Of a stretch of DNA of 64,000 bases, positions 47,830 through 57,911 are shown piece after piece. A program made the translations under genes and the position numbers. This DNA comes from Dehalococcoidia bacterium (lineage in GTDB: Bacteria > Chloroflexota > Dehalococcoidia > GIF9 > UBA5629), in assembly GCA_050011565.1 (NCBI GenBank), contig JBEKIW010000001.1, positions 640,207-704,206 on the forward strand, in the 5' to 3' direction. The notes beneath the pieces were generated by a model, which worked only from the letters and a program-made list of their open reading frames with translations, ran no database searches and had not been told where the DNA came from. The number at the start of each line of letters is the position of its first letter. Position 1 is the first letter of the stretch.

Positions 47830-48945
47830 CTAGGCTAGTAGCTTTTCGGTCAATCTGGGCGATAAACCAAGATACAACAGGTTGTTTTTGTCACCGCTCT
47901 TTTTGACAATCTCATTCATAGCCCGCTTCTTTTTGAGCAGCGCCGCTTCTTTGATATGCTCCAGGTTTGACGCAGGCAACTTGTCTACTTGAAGCTTCCC
48001 TTTCTTTTTTGCTATCTCAATTAGGTCGGCACCACCATCGGTGCGAACTATGACGGTGTTCCATCCTTCGGTGCCCTCGACAGAGCCAACCGAAACGTCA
48101 GCAAACTCTGATGTCATATCCAAACAATAAGCGCAGGTAGGCATCGTGAACTTTCTGATTTGTTCCAGCGGAAACGAAGTTTTGCCCGATGCAGTATAAG
48201 CATCGAACCTGTTCGCCGGTGGTGGTGGGATATCGAATTTCTTAACTTTGGCCAGGTCGATATTTTCCTTCAAGAATCGATAGAATTTGTCGGGAGACAA
48301 AGCCCAGGTGCAGAACAGTCCGATAACCAATTCGACATTATCTATGCTAACTCTGTTCTCTGGTGGCTCTGCTTTCATCTTCGTCACAGATAAAACCTGA
48401 CAAGGCATGGCAACAATTCCCAGTTTGAGAATGTCTTCTTTGGGGATTTGGTTATATCTTCCCAATACGGGACAGGCCATATAGCTGGAGCCGGCACATT
48501 GAAGCACATCATCGACACTTCGAGCCAGAAATGGAGCCGGAGTTTTATCATCCGAAGTCTTAGTCAGGACGGCTCCATCGATAAGACCCTCAGCCAGTGC
48601 CAGTGATAATAGTGCAGTTACCACGCCGCCGTACTGTGCTTTTTTCTTAACGACAGCGTCCGTTGCTCTGGCCATGAATACTTCTTTTACGGTGCCTATC
48701 TCATTATCTCCATAAGGCGTGCCGAATATTTTTCGACTAATTGCATCCATATCTGTGTAAGTACGTGGACAGTATTCATAGCATTGCGCTTCATCCGTTC
48801 TGGTACAATTATCCAGAAGCGCTACTCTACCGTTATGATAAGCCAGGTAAGGGCAATTACCAGTACAGGCGCCACATAAAGCACATAATCTGGTCTCTAT
48901 GACTTCAGTGACAAGATCCTGGCAACCCTTGGCTTTTATAGCCAT
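47830..48945 (-). CDS. Coenzyme F420 hydrogenase/dehydrogenase beta-subunit family (FrhB/FdhB-like) iron-sulfur flavoprotein
   Basis: It has an N-terminal 2x[4Fe-4S]-like Cys motif (CALCGACTGNCPY...CYEYCPR) followed by an FrhB_FdhB-like region. A candidate promoter TTAAGA-N16-(TGc)TATAAT lies upstream on the minus strand (~49030-49060). Confidence 0.55.
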   Translation of the reverse strand: MAIKAKGCQDLVTEVIETRLCALCGACTGNCPYLAYHNGRVALLDNCTRTDEAQCYEYCPRTYTDMDAISRKIFGTPYGDNEIGTVKEVFMARATDAVVKKKAQYGGVVTALLSLALAEGLIDGAVLTKTSDDKTPAPFLARSVDDVLQCAGSSYMACPVLGRYNQIPKEDILKLGIVAMPCQVLSVTKMKAEPPENRVSIDNVELVIGLFCTWALSPDKFYRFLKENIDLAKVKKFDIPPPPANRFDAYTASGKTSFPLEQIRKFTMPTCAYCLDMTSEFADVSVGSVEGTEGWNTVIVRTDGGADLIEIAKKKGKLQVDKLPASNLEHIKEAALLKKKRAMNEIVKKSGDKNNLLYLGLSPRLTEKLLA

Positions 48946-49166
48946 AACGCTCTCCTTTCTGGATTACAGCCCTGTGTAAACTAGCTCTACCATCGGGCTC
49001 TTTAATCTAATGTTTTAAAGCTAAATTCACGGAATTATAGCACAACAGTTTATGTTCTTAATAAAGATACAGGGCACAAATTACGGCTCTTATTTTTAGT
49101 ATCGGATAGCTATCTAGCCAATCACATGCATTTTGCAGGTGTAAAGTTGTAGGTAGATAATATGTT

Positions 49167-50714
49167 CTACAAATCCTCGTTTGTTTTGAAAACGATATGT
49201 TTCTGCCAGTCCGGCGAAGGTTTCGGAAAGTCGGTACGGAAATGAGCACCCCGGCTTTCTTCACGAAGCAGTGCAGCCTCAGCCATCAAGCGAGCATTCA
49301 AAACCATGTTATTGAGCTCGTACGAAGGCCGGTCTGTAGGCTGGGGCAGTAAACCCTGCCATGTTGCCAGGATATCCGTGGCTTTGGACAGCCCCTCACC
49401 GGAACGGACGATACCCACTTTATCCCAGAGAAGAGATTGCAGGTTTGTTAAGTTGAGTTTTGGTGCCGTTCTCAGCTTCTTGCGCTGCTCAAGATGGTAA
49501 CAGTTGGTTTGGCTGGTTACCGGAGTTGAGATGGTCCCAGTAGCCTCCCTTGCTCTTTCAATAATCCGTTTACTGAAGACCACAACCTCGAGCAACGAGT
49601 TTGAAGCCAATCGGTTGGCACCGTGGACACCGGTACATGCAGTTTCACCGGCAGCAAATAACCCGGCGATATTAGTCTCACCCCATATATTTACCTTAAC
49701 CCCACCCATGAAATAATGGGCGGCTGGAGCTACCGGGATAAGGCCTTTGGTGATGTCCAGTCCATGGTCCAGACAGAAGCGATAGATATTTGGGAAACGC
49801 GTGGCGACACGGCGAGCCGGTATATGCGTCACATCCAGGAATACTCGATCGCTGCCGGTTTTTCTCATCTCATAAATGATACTTCTGGCTACCACGTCTC
49901 TTGGTGCCAGTTCAGCTTCAGGAGTATAGTCGGGCATAAAGCGATAGCCTTCCACGTTACGCAAAATGCCGCCTTCGCCCCGCACAGCCTCGCTGATAAG
50001 AAAGGGCGGAACACCCGGGAGCCGAAGCGCAGTCGGATGAAACTGGAAAAATTCCATGTCCGTGATTTCGGCACCGGCTTGAAAAGCCAGAGTAATACCA
50101 TCACCGGTGGCTACATCCGAGTTAGTAGTATATTTAAATAGTCGTCCGGCACCACCGGTAGCTATAATAACAAAACGGCAATCATAATCTTCAACTGAGC
50201 CAGTGCGGGCGTCAAGAGCTCGTACACCTTTGACTTTTCCGGATTCTATCAAAATTTGAGTGACTAAACAGTATTCCAGGACTTTTATCGAAGACATGTG
50301 CACTCGCCGGCTCAGAGTAACCTCGATATGCTCACCGGTGGCATCGCCGCCGGCATGAAGTATACGCGGAACGGTATGCGCAGCTTCCCTGGTGAGTGCA
50401 ATTTCTCCATCCTGTGTATCAAAAGGAACGCCGAATTTTATAAGGTCGGCAATGCGGTCAGGTGCCTCAGTGACCAGAATTCGTACTGCCTCGGGGTCAC
50501 ACAGCCCATCGCCGGCATTCATAGTGTCCTGGAAATGGAGCTCGGGAGAATCATTTTTGCCTATAGGGGCAGCAATGCCCCCTTGAGCATGCCTGGTATT
50601 ACAATCTTCGATACTACCTTTAGTCAGAATAAGGACACTGCCTGCTTCTTTAGCCAGCAGAGCCGTATAAAGTCCGGCAATACCACTGCCCACTATGATG
50701 TAATCGTAAATCAT
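49167..50714 (-). CDS. nadB: L-aspartate oxidase
   Basis: It has an FAD-binding N-terminus (YDYIIVGSGIAGLYTALLA) and a succinate dehydrogenase/fumarate reductase flavoprotein fold. Length is 515 aa. Confidence 0.85.
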   Translation of the reverse strand: MIYDYIIVGSGIAGLYTALLAKEAGSVLILTKGSIEDCNTRHAQGGIAAPIGKNDSPELHFQDTMNAGDGLCDPEAVRILVTEAPDRIADLIKFGVPFDTQDGEIALTREAAHTVPRILHAGGDATGEHIEVTLSRRVHMSSIKVLEYCLVTQILIESGKVKGVRALDARTGSVEDYDCRFVIIATGGAGRLFKYTTNSDVATGDGITLAFQAGAEITDMEFFQFHPTALRLPGVPPFLISEAVRGEGGILRNVEGYRFMPDYTPEAELAPRDVVARSIIYEMRKTGSDRVFLDVTHIPARRVATRFPNIYRFCLDHGLDITKGLIPVAPAAHYFMGGVKVNIWGETNIAGLFAAGETACTGVHGANRLASNSLLEVVVFSKRIIERAREATGTISTPVTSQTNCYHLEQRKKLRTAPKLNLTNLQSLLWDKVGIVRSGEGLSKATDILATWQGLLPQPTDRPSYELNNMVLNARLMAEAALLREESRGAHFRTDFPKPSPDWQKHIVFKTNEDL

Positions 50715-52015
50715 TATTTCAATCTCCTAGCTATGGCCGGCCCTGGCGACTGCGCTTGCAATGCCCAGGGGCTTGTCTTAACTATAGTAACATCTACTAA
50801 TCTTCCCAGGCAATCATCGGCGCTTTCAAAGAAGACCAGCTTGTTGCTCCGCGTGCGACCACACCATTTGCCGCCTTTTCTGCCGTCTACCAGCATCTCT
50901 ACTGTCTTGCCCGTAAGTCGAGAGTTGATTTCAGCCGCTATGTTAGCTTGAATTTCCTCTACTTTGTTTAGACGTTCCTTCTTAATCTCAGGCGGAATAT
51001 TGTCCTGATGCTCCTGTGAGGCAATGGTGCCAGGGCGGGGAGAATAGGCAGCAACATGAACAGTATCGAATCTGATTTCGTCGAGCATAGCCAGAGTTTG
51101 CTCAAATTGCTCATCGCTTTCATCAGGAAAGCCAACGATGACATCCGTGCTCAGTGCCACCTCGGGTATATATTTGCGGATGTTATTAACGAGCTGCCGG
51201 TACTGTTTTGCTGTATAACCCCGCCGCATGGCTTTGAGCACATCGTCATTTCCTGCCTGGAGCGGAAGGTTTATATGCTTGCAGACCTTGTCTAAAGAAG
51301 CGATAGTTTGTATGAGCTGTTGGCTCATATCCTTGGGGTGATTGGTTAGAAAACGAATCCTAGCCAATCCAACTACATTGTTTAATGCGGAGAGCAAGTA
51401 GCCGAGGTCAGATGGTGCTGGTAGGTCGTGCCCGTACGAATTCACATTCTGGCCTAATAAAGTAACTTCCTTCGCCCCGCGCCCTGCCAGCCCTGTCACT
51501 TCACGGACCACCTCATCGATAGGTCGACTCCTTTCCCTTCCCCGCCGGTATGGGACAATGCAATAGGAACAGAAATTGTTGCATCCCTGAATAATTGGAA
51601 TAAAAGCACTTACCTTTACGCTCTGGCTTGAAGGTAAGCATGCTATGTCTTCGGGTACAACAATAGCTTGCTTTTCAGCCCAGTTAAGCAATCCGGCATA
51701 ATCGGACGGCTTGAAGAACAGGTCGACATGCGGGAAGCTATTCTCAAGTTGCTTAATATCAGAATCGACGAAGCATCCGGTAACCAGAATAGATAAATCG
51801 GACTTTTGACTCTTCATGCCCTTCAGGTAACCAAGCATACCGAGAACTTTGCTTTCCGCACTTTGCCGGACTACACAGGTATTGAGCACTACCAGATCAG
51901 CTTTCTGCAGCATGTCAGTCGCTTGATAGCCAAACAATCCGAGATAGTTAGCCACGTGCTGCGATTCTGTTCTGTTCATCTGGCAACCTATCGTCCAAAT
52001 GTAATAGTCAGGCAT
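50714..52015 (-). CDS. miaB: tRNA-i6A37 methylthiotransferase
   Basis: It has the MTTase N-domain Cys triad, the radical-SAM CxxxCxxC (CNNFCSYCIVP) and a TRAM domain. Confidence 0.85.
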   Translation of the reverse strand: MPDYYIWTIGCQMNRTESQHVANYLGLFGYQATDMLQKADLVVLNTCVVRQSAESKVLGMLGYLKGMKSQKSDLSILVTGCFVDSDIKQLENSFPHVDLFFKPSDYAGLLNWAEKQAIVVPEDIACLPSSQSVKVSAFIPIIQGCNNFCSYCIVPYRRGRERSRPIDEVVREVTGLAGRGAKEVTLLGQNVNSYGHDLPAPSDLGYLLSALNNVVGLARIRFLTNHPKDMSQQLIQTIASLDKVCKHINLPLQAGNDDVLKAMRRGYTAKQYRQLVNNIRKYIPEVALSTDVIVGFPDESDEQFEQTLAMLDEIRFDTVHVAAYSPRPGTIASQEHQDNIPPEIKKERLNKVEEIQANIAAEINSRLTGKTVEMLVDGRKGGKWCGRTRSNKLVFFESADDCLGRLVDVTIVKTSPWALQAQSPGPAIARRLK

Positions 52016-52183
52016 ATCTATTCCTTACGTTTCGAGGTCTCTGCTTCAAAAATTAAAAATCATTCCCGTTTTCAACTATGCTAGCTCAAAGCCAGAAATT
52101 GTGTCAATTCAGAGGTCATTTCTAAAGAGCAAAAGATACTATCAGAGAAGCTCAGTGTCGACGATTGAGGTGAATGTTTAACA

Positions 52184-52275
52184 TGGCGGAGGGAATGGGA
52201 TTCGAACCCATGACCCCGATTTCTCGGAGCAACCGCTTAGCAGGCGGCCGCACTAGACCACTATGCGATCCCTCC
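52184..52275 (-). tRNA. tRNA-Ser (anticodon GCT), type II
   Basis: The ~92-nt tRNA has a long variable arm, anticodon loop CUGCUAA and an encoded CCA. Confidence 0.75.
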
Positions 52276-52391
52276 AGCTGGCAACTTGGTTCAATATAGC
52301 ACAGTTTTTTTATACCTTTCAACTAAATTAATGAGCACAGCCTTTATGGAGATACGCTATTTTGATATTATGCTCTTTACTAGGACAAATT

Positions 52392-52871
52392 ATGTTTGAT
52401 CCTGAGATTAATATCTCAATTAAACGGAATATGGACTTACCTGTAGATAAAAACTGGCTTGAAAGGATAGCCAGAAGAGTTCTTGAAGATGAGAGCATTG
52501 CCTCGTCAGCGGAGATGGGATTGCTCATTACCGATAGCAAGACGATTCAAAAGCTAAATAGAATTTATAGAGGTCAGGATAAACCAACAGACGTACTGGC
52601 TTTCCAAATGACGCCTAATATGAATCAGGAGCCTGAAGGGTCATTTGTAAGCCCTCCGGATGGCATTAGACATCTGGGTGAAGTAGTAATCTCATATCCG
52701 CAAGCAGTAAAACAAGCACAAGAGCAAGGCCACGGAGTGCCACGAGAGCTAGCACTGCTAATCGTCCATGGAATACTTCATCTCTTAGGCTATGACCATG
52801 AATTGCCGGAAGAAGAACAGAAGATGAGAGACAAGGAAAACGAAATTCTCTCGTTGCTGGAGTTAGTTTGA
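52392..52871 (+). CDS. ybeY: Endoribonuclease YbeY (rRNA maturation factor)
   Basis: It has the zinc motif HGILHLLGYDHE. The internal ATG start is preferred. Confidence 0.8.
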   Translation: MFDPEINISIKRNMDLPVDKNWLERIARRVLEDESIASSAEMGLLITDSKTIQKLNRIYRGQDKPTDVLAFQMTPNMNQEPEGSFVSPPDGIRHLGEVVISYPQAVKQAQEQGHGVPRELALLIVHGILHLLGYDHELPEEEQKMRDKENEILSLLELV

Positions 52872-52925
52872 GGCGGGCCACTCTATCGCTTGGGACGAAG
52901 AACCACTAATTAACGCCGGATTTTC

Positions 52926-53549
52926 CTATAAACTTACCACCCCTGGTTTTGTCCCGCATTTCGCGGCGGTAACTGCAGCATTTATATGGGCGGCTGTGAG
53001 ATCCAGATTGTCTGTATAACTTGTAATAACATAATCGAACATTAGCAAGCTTTCCATTTCTTCCTGAGCTTTGCCAAGTCGAACATCTAAATCGGCTGAC
53101 GATAATCCGTACCGCTGTTTCAATCGATTAGCCAACTCTTCTGACGATGGCGGCATCAGGAATATAAACAGGGCGTCGGGTAAAATTCGCTTGATGGTAG
53201 CCGCTCCCTGCACATCCACTTTCACCACAGCATCCAACCCCTGTTTTAGAGTCTCCTTAATTTGCCGTTCAGGCACGCCGTAGTAATTGCCGTAAACCTT
53301 TGCCCACTCCAAAAATTGATTCTTTTTAACCATTTGCTGGAATTTGTCTTCGGACAAAAACCAATAGTCAACGCCGTCTTTCTCTCCCGGGCGCTTCGGT
53401 CGGGTGGTGGCAGTCACAACGTAGTGGTAAGGTAGACCTGCTTTTTTCATTCTATCTAAAGTGGCGTCCTTGCCGACACCTGAAGGGCCAGAAATGACAA
53501 TAAGCAGCGGGTGTGCAGTTTTAGTGTTTTTCCCTTTGTTACGAGCCAC
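52926..53549 (-). CDS. gmk: Guanylate kinase
   Basis: It has a P-loop (ISGPSGVGKDA), TTRPKRPGEKDGVDYWF and LEWAKVYGNYYG. Confidence 0.9.
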   Translation of the reverse strand: MARNKGKNTKTAHPLLIVISGPSGVGKDATLDRMKKAGLPYHYVVTATTRPKRPGEKDGVDYWFLSEDKFQQMVKKNQFLEWAKVYGNYYGVPERQIKETLKQGLDAVVKVDVQGAATIKRILPDALFIFLMPPSSEELANRLKQRYGLSSADLDVRLGKAQEEMESLLMFDYVITSYTDNLDLTAAHINAAVTAAKCGTKPGVVSL

Positions 53550-53617
53550 TATTATTCCTCGACGGATATCGATTTAAATCAATACCCGTAGCCTGGTGAT
53601 TAACGGCGTGTATCAAG

Positions 53618-54910
53618 TTAATACTTGGCAAGACTACTCAGTTCTTCCCAAAAATCCGGATTTGATATTTCGGCAACACGAGCATTTTGAATTGAGGTGT
53701 TTCCTCCAGCAACCAGACCGGCTATTGCCAGACTCATCGCCAGCCGATGGTCACCATGACTTTGTACTTCCTTGCCGAGCAGTGCCTTTCCCCCATGTAT
53801 AACCATCCCGTCAGGTAATTCTTCAATCCTGGCACCAAGGCGGGATAGTTCCTGACTTGTTGACGCAATTCTATCAGATTCTTTGACCCGTAACTCGTTA
53901 GCGTCTCTGATTACAGTCTTGCCTTCGGCTACGCAGGCAGCCACAGTCAGCAGTGGTATCTCGTCGATTAATCGAGGAATTAAATCTCCACCGATTTCAA
54001 TGGCTTTTAGGCGGCTGGATTCAATATGCAGGTCGGCAACGGGCTCATTACCTTCTAATCGCTGGTTCTCTATTCTTAGTCTGGCGCCCATGGCTAAAAG
54101 TGCATCTATAATACCGGTCCGTGTCGGATTAACACCGCAATTCAGTATCTTAATCTCGGCATTGGGATGGATAGCCCCGGCAACAAGCCAGTAGGCTGCC
54201 GAGCTGATATCACCAGGTACATGGAGGTCAACCGCGGTTAACGGAGTATTTAAAGGTGTCAGGGAAATGTGTGCATTATCGCTTTCAAGTCTAGCCCCCA
54301 TGCGTTTGAGCAGTCGCTCTGTATGATCGCGAGATAGCTGAAGTTGCTCCACAGTGGTATCTCCACGAGCAAACAGGCCGGCTAACAAAATTGCTGATTT
54401 AATCTGGGCACTTGGCATCGGTAAGGTGTAGCTCATGCCGTGGAGTTTCTTACCTCTAATTACTAGGGGAGCCAGGGAATCGTCATCACGTCCATAGATT
54501 TCGGCACCCATTAACCGAAGTGGCTCAATTAAGCGTTTCATCGGCCTGGACCGAAGAGAAGTATCGCCAGTGAGAACAGAAAGGAAGGGCTGTGAAGAGA
54601 GAACGCCACTAAGTAGACGTATGGTAGTACCGCTGTTCCCGGCATTGAGGACATCTCGAGATTCGGTTAAGCCGGCGTTACCAGCTCCAGTAATGAGTAT
54701 AGCCGGTGGTTTTCCGTCCTGCTTTATCAGCTTAACCCCGAGAGCCCTTAAACAGTTTATAGTCGAAAGGCAATCTTTGCCTGGCGATAGATTAGTGATT
54801 TGACTGTTACCAAGGGCCAGGCTGTTAAGAATAAGAGCACGGTGCGAAATAGATTTATCACCAGGTACGGGGATTTCTCCGACCAATTGCCTGGGAGGTA
54901 AAATGTTCAT
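53618..54910 (-). CDS. aroA: 3-phosphoshikimate 1-carboxyvinyltransferase (EPSP synthase)
   Basis: It has GDKSISHRALILNSLALG and a two-domain EPSPS fold. The start is trimmed to the internal Met that overlaps the tyrA stop. Confidence 0.85.
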   Translation of the reverse strand: MNILPPRQLVGEIPVPGDKSISHRALILNSLALGNSQITNLSPGKDCLSTINCLRALGVKLIKQDGKPPAILITGAGNAGLTESRDVLNAGNSGTTIRLLSGVLSSQPFLSVLTGDTSLRSRPMKRLIEPLRLMGAEIYGRDDDSLAPLVIRGKKLHGMSYTLPMPSAQIKSAILLAGLFARGDTTVEQLQLSRDHTERLLKRMGARLESDNAHISLTPLNTPLTAVDLHVPGDISSAAYWLVAGAIHPNAEIKILNCGVNPTRTGIIDALLAMGARLRIENQRLEGNEPVADLHIESSRLKAIEIGGDLIPRLIDEIPLLTVAACVAEGKTVIRDANELRVKESDRIASTSQELSRLGARIEELPDGMVIHGGKALLGKEVQSHGDHRLAMSLAIAGLVAGGNTSIQNARVAEISNPDFWEELSSLAKY

Positions 54911-55767
54911 TAGTTGCGCTTTTCCAGCCATTTTTGCCTCGCCTCGTTAGCTATAGCCAGAGCTCGCTCTATTTCTTCGCTGCCGTCAGCCACCAGCTTA
55001 CGTAGTTTTTGCAGCTCCTCGATGAACATATCAATCCAGGAGACAATGGCAGCCTGGTTACTAAGGCAAATATGTGCGCCAAGTTCCGGATTTCCCGAAG
55101 CCAGACGCGTGAGGTCACGATATCCGCTAGCTGCTAGACGTGACATCTTTGGCCAGGAGGGATTTTCAGTGGTTGCCAAGACCAAAGCTACCGACAATAG
55201 TAATGGCAGATGACTGATACCAGCTACCAGTCTATCGTGTTCTTCAGCCTCTATGACAAGAGGAACTGCTCCCAGTGCTTTTACCATATCTTTCACTGTT
55301 CTCACAGCAGCTGGCTTGGCTTGCGACAGCGGTGTTAAGCAATAGGTGCATTTGCGGAACAGGTCGGCTGTAGCAGCTTTAATGGTCGAAATCTCTTTAC
55401 CCGCCATGGGATGGCCGCCAATAAAGCTTGTCCTAGACGGCAACAATTTTTGTGCCCATCGCATAACCTGCAGCTTGGTGCTTGCGGTGTCAGTAACAAT
55501 AGAGCCGTCTGACAACTCGGGAGCAATCTGCGCGAAAACATCTTTTATTACCAAGACCGGCGTGGCCACAATAATGATATCAGCGCTCTTGACTGCTTTA
55601 CGAAGGTCTAATTCGACCCTGTCGATGGCACCTGATTTCCGCGCCAGAGACGCTGTTTCCCGGCGACGGGCGTAACCGGTTACCTCTGCTCGTCGCCAAT
55701 TGGCTTGTTTCAAAGCCAATCCTATAGAGCCACCTATAAGACCCAGCCCGATAATAGCAATACGCAC
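54910..55767 (-). CDS. tyrA: Prephenate dehydrogenase
   Basis: It has a Rossmann N-terminus (MRIAIIGLGLIGGSIGLAL) and a PDH C-domain. Confidence 0.85.
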   Translation of the reverse strand: MRIAIIGLGLIGGSIGLALKQANWRRAEVTGYARRRETASLARKSGAIDRVELDLRKAVKSADIIIVATPVLVIKDVFAQIAPELSDGSIVTDTASTKLQVMRWAQKLLPSRTSFIGGHPMAGKEISTIKAATADLFRKCTYCLTPLSQAKPAAVRTVKDMVKALGAVPLVIEAEEHDRLVAGISHLPLLLSVALVLATTENPSWPKMSRLAASGYRDLTRLASGNPELGAHICLSNQAAIVSWIDMFIEELQKLRKLVADGSEEIERALAIANEARQKWLEKRN

Positions 55768-55939
55768 GGCACTATTATAGCATTGCTCGAATCAGCTTGA
55801 GAACCCATTTGCAAAAAACTATCTTGATTTTGTCTCCGCCATTAGATATACTCCAGTTAGATTGGCCAGGACAATAATTGTCCAATAGTCGGGTCAGCAT
55901 TTCGGAAAATATCTTTCGTTCAGTGCTCTGCGGCAGCTT

Positions 55940-56731
55940 ATGAAACTAGCTATTACCGGTAAGGGCGGCGTAGGTAAAACCACATTAACAAGCCTTCTAG
56001 CCCGGATATACTCAACTGAGGGCAATCGGGTTATAGCTATTGACGCCAATCCCGACGCTAATTTAGCTACAGCCCTGGGTATTAGCGCTGAAGAGGCACA
56101 GCAGATTACTCCAATTGCCGAACTCCAGGAGTTGATACAGGAACGCACTGGAGCTAAATCAAGCAGCTTCGGCATGTTCTTCAAGCTCAATCCTAAAGTC
56201 GACGACATCCCTGAGCGATTTTCAATTGAAAAAGACGGTATAAAGCTACTGGTCATGGGAACGGTCAAAAGGGGAGGCAGTGGGTGCCTGTGCCCGGAAG
56301 GAGCCATGCTGAAAAGCCTGGTGAGCCATCTGGTCTTAGGCAGGTCTGAGGTGGTTATTATGGACATGGATGCCGGTGTTGAGAACCTGGGACGTGGAAC
56401 GGCTAAAGCTGTAGATGCCTTCATCATAGTAGTTGAACCCGGGCAGCGTAGTTTTCAAACAGCTCGAGCCATTCAACGTTTAGCCAAAGACCTGGGCGTC
56501 AAAAAGTGCTACATTGTCGGCTCAAAAACTCATGATGACGATGAGCGCCGGTTTATTATTGACAACCTGTCCGATTTTGAGGTACTGGGTTTTATTAACT
56601 ATCACCCGGAAGTGGCTCAGGCTGACCGACTTGGAAAGAGCGTATTCGAAACAGCTCCGGCAGCAGTGGCTGAAGTCAAGGATATAAAGAAAAAACTGGA
56701 ACGAACCATATCAGGAAAACAGGTTGGCTAA
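55940..56731 (+). CDS. cooC: CooC/AcsF-like Ni-insertion accessory ATPase (MinD/ParA-family P-loop NTPase)
   Basis: It has a deviant Walker A (ITGKGGVGKTT) and a CxC metal motif (GSGCLCPEGA). Length is 263 aa. Confidence 0.7.
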   Translation: MKLAITGKGGVGKTTLTSLLARIYSTEGNRVIAIDANPDANLATALGISAEEAQQITPIAELQELIQERTGAKSSSFGMFFKLNPKVDDIPERFSIEKDGIKLLVMGTVKRGGSGCLCPEGAMLKSLVSHLVLGRSEVVIMDMDAGVENLGRGTAKAVDAFIIVVEPGQRSFQTARAIQRLAKDLGVKKCYIVGSKTHDDDERRFIIDNLSDFEVLGFINYHPEVAQADRLGKSVFETAPAAVAEVKDIKKKLERTISGKQVG

Positions 56732-57911
56732 AAAGACTATTAGAGACATAGAGGTTGACGGGAAGAAAGTTTTGGTGAGAGTGGATTTCAATGTCCCGTT
56801 GGACATAAAGACATGTGCCATTAGCGATGATAGTCGCATGCGGGCTGTTCTGCCTACCCTAAAATACCTTGTTGAGCATAAGGCGAAAGTTATTATATGT
56901 TCCCACCTGGGACGCCCGGATGGCAAGGTGGTCGAGGGACTGCGAATGGCTCCCATAGCCCAGCGACTTTCTCGACTCATAAACCTGCCGGTATCAACTG
57001 TCTCGGACTGTATAGGTTCCGATGTGGAAAAAGCAGCAGACAATCTTAAGCCGGGCGATATTCTGCTTCTGGAGAACTTGCGCTTTCATGCTGAGGAAGA
57101 AGCCAATGACCCTTCTTTCGCCCAGGCGTTAGCCAAGCTGGCTGATATCTATGTAGATGACGCCTTCGGCACCGCTCATCGCGCTCATGCTTCAACGGTA
57201 GGTGTGGCTAAATACCTGCCGGCTGTCGCGGGTTTTCTGATGGAAAAAGAGTTGCAGGCCCTCGGCAGCCTTCTAACAAGTCCTGAACATCCCTTTGTTG
57301 CTTTATTAGGAGGTGCCAAGGTCAGCGATAAAATCGGCTTGATTCAAAATATACTGAGCAAAGTCGATGTGCTGCTCATCGGCGGCGGCATGGCAGCCAC
57401 CTTCTTGAAAGCCCAGGGCTACGAAGTAGGGTTGTCTCTAGTCGAAGCTGACAAACAGAGTCTGGCTCAGGAATTGATAGAAAACGCCAGAAGAAACGGC
57501 GGAGCTTTGCTTCTGCCGGTAGATGTTATTGTAGCCAGTAACATAAGCCCGGAAGCTAAAGGTGAGGTAGTCCGGGTTAGCGATATACCGGCAAACAAAA
57601 ATATCGTCGATATTGGCCCCCAAACCGTTGAACTCTTTTCTCAAAAAATAAGGCAATGCCGAACGGTCTTTTGGAACGGTCCCATGGGGGTATATGAGAT
57701 AGAGCAATTTGCCGGAGGAACCAAGGCCATGGCTGAGTTGCTGGCCAGCTTGAAAGCAACGACTATTGTTGGCGGTGGCTCGACAGCGGAGATCGTTGAA
57801 AAGATGAACCTGGCCAATAAAATGACCCATGTCTCCACAGGCGGTGGTGCCAGCCTGAAATTTCTGGAAGGGAAGACCCTTCCGGGAGTGGCTGTGCTAC
57901 TGGATAAATGA
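56724..57911 (+). CDS. pgk: Phosphoglycerate kinase
   Basis: Full-length PGK motifs are present (RVDFNVP, GGGASLKFLEGK). Confidence 0.9.
   Translation: MAKKTIRDIEVDGKKVLVRVDFNVPLDIKTCAISDDSRMRAVLPTLKYLVEHKAKVIICSHLGRPDGKVVEGLRMAPIAQRLSRLINLPVSTVSDCIGSDVEKAADNLKPGDILLLENLRFHAEEEANDPSFAQALAKLADIYVDDAFGTAHRAHASTVGVAKYLPAVAGFLMEKELQALGSLLTSPEHPFVALLGGAKVSDKIGLIQNILSKVDVLLIGGGMAATFLKAQGYEVGLSLVEADKQSLAQELIENARRNGGALLLPVDVIVASNISPEAKGEVVRVSDIPANKNIVDIGPQTVELFSQKIRQCRTVFWNGPMGVYEIEQFAGGTKAMAELLASLKATTIVGGGSTAEIVEKMNLANKMTHVSTGGGASLKFLEGKTLPGVAVLLDK

Noticed and set aside
49058-49264. 68-aa ORF overlapping the 3' end of nadB
   Set aside because: It overlaps a confidently called CDS in another frame. 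The region is better explained as the promoter/5' UTR of the FrhB-like-ior operon.
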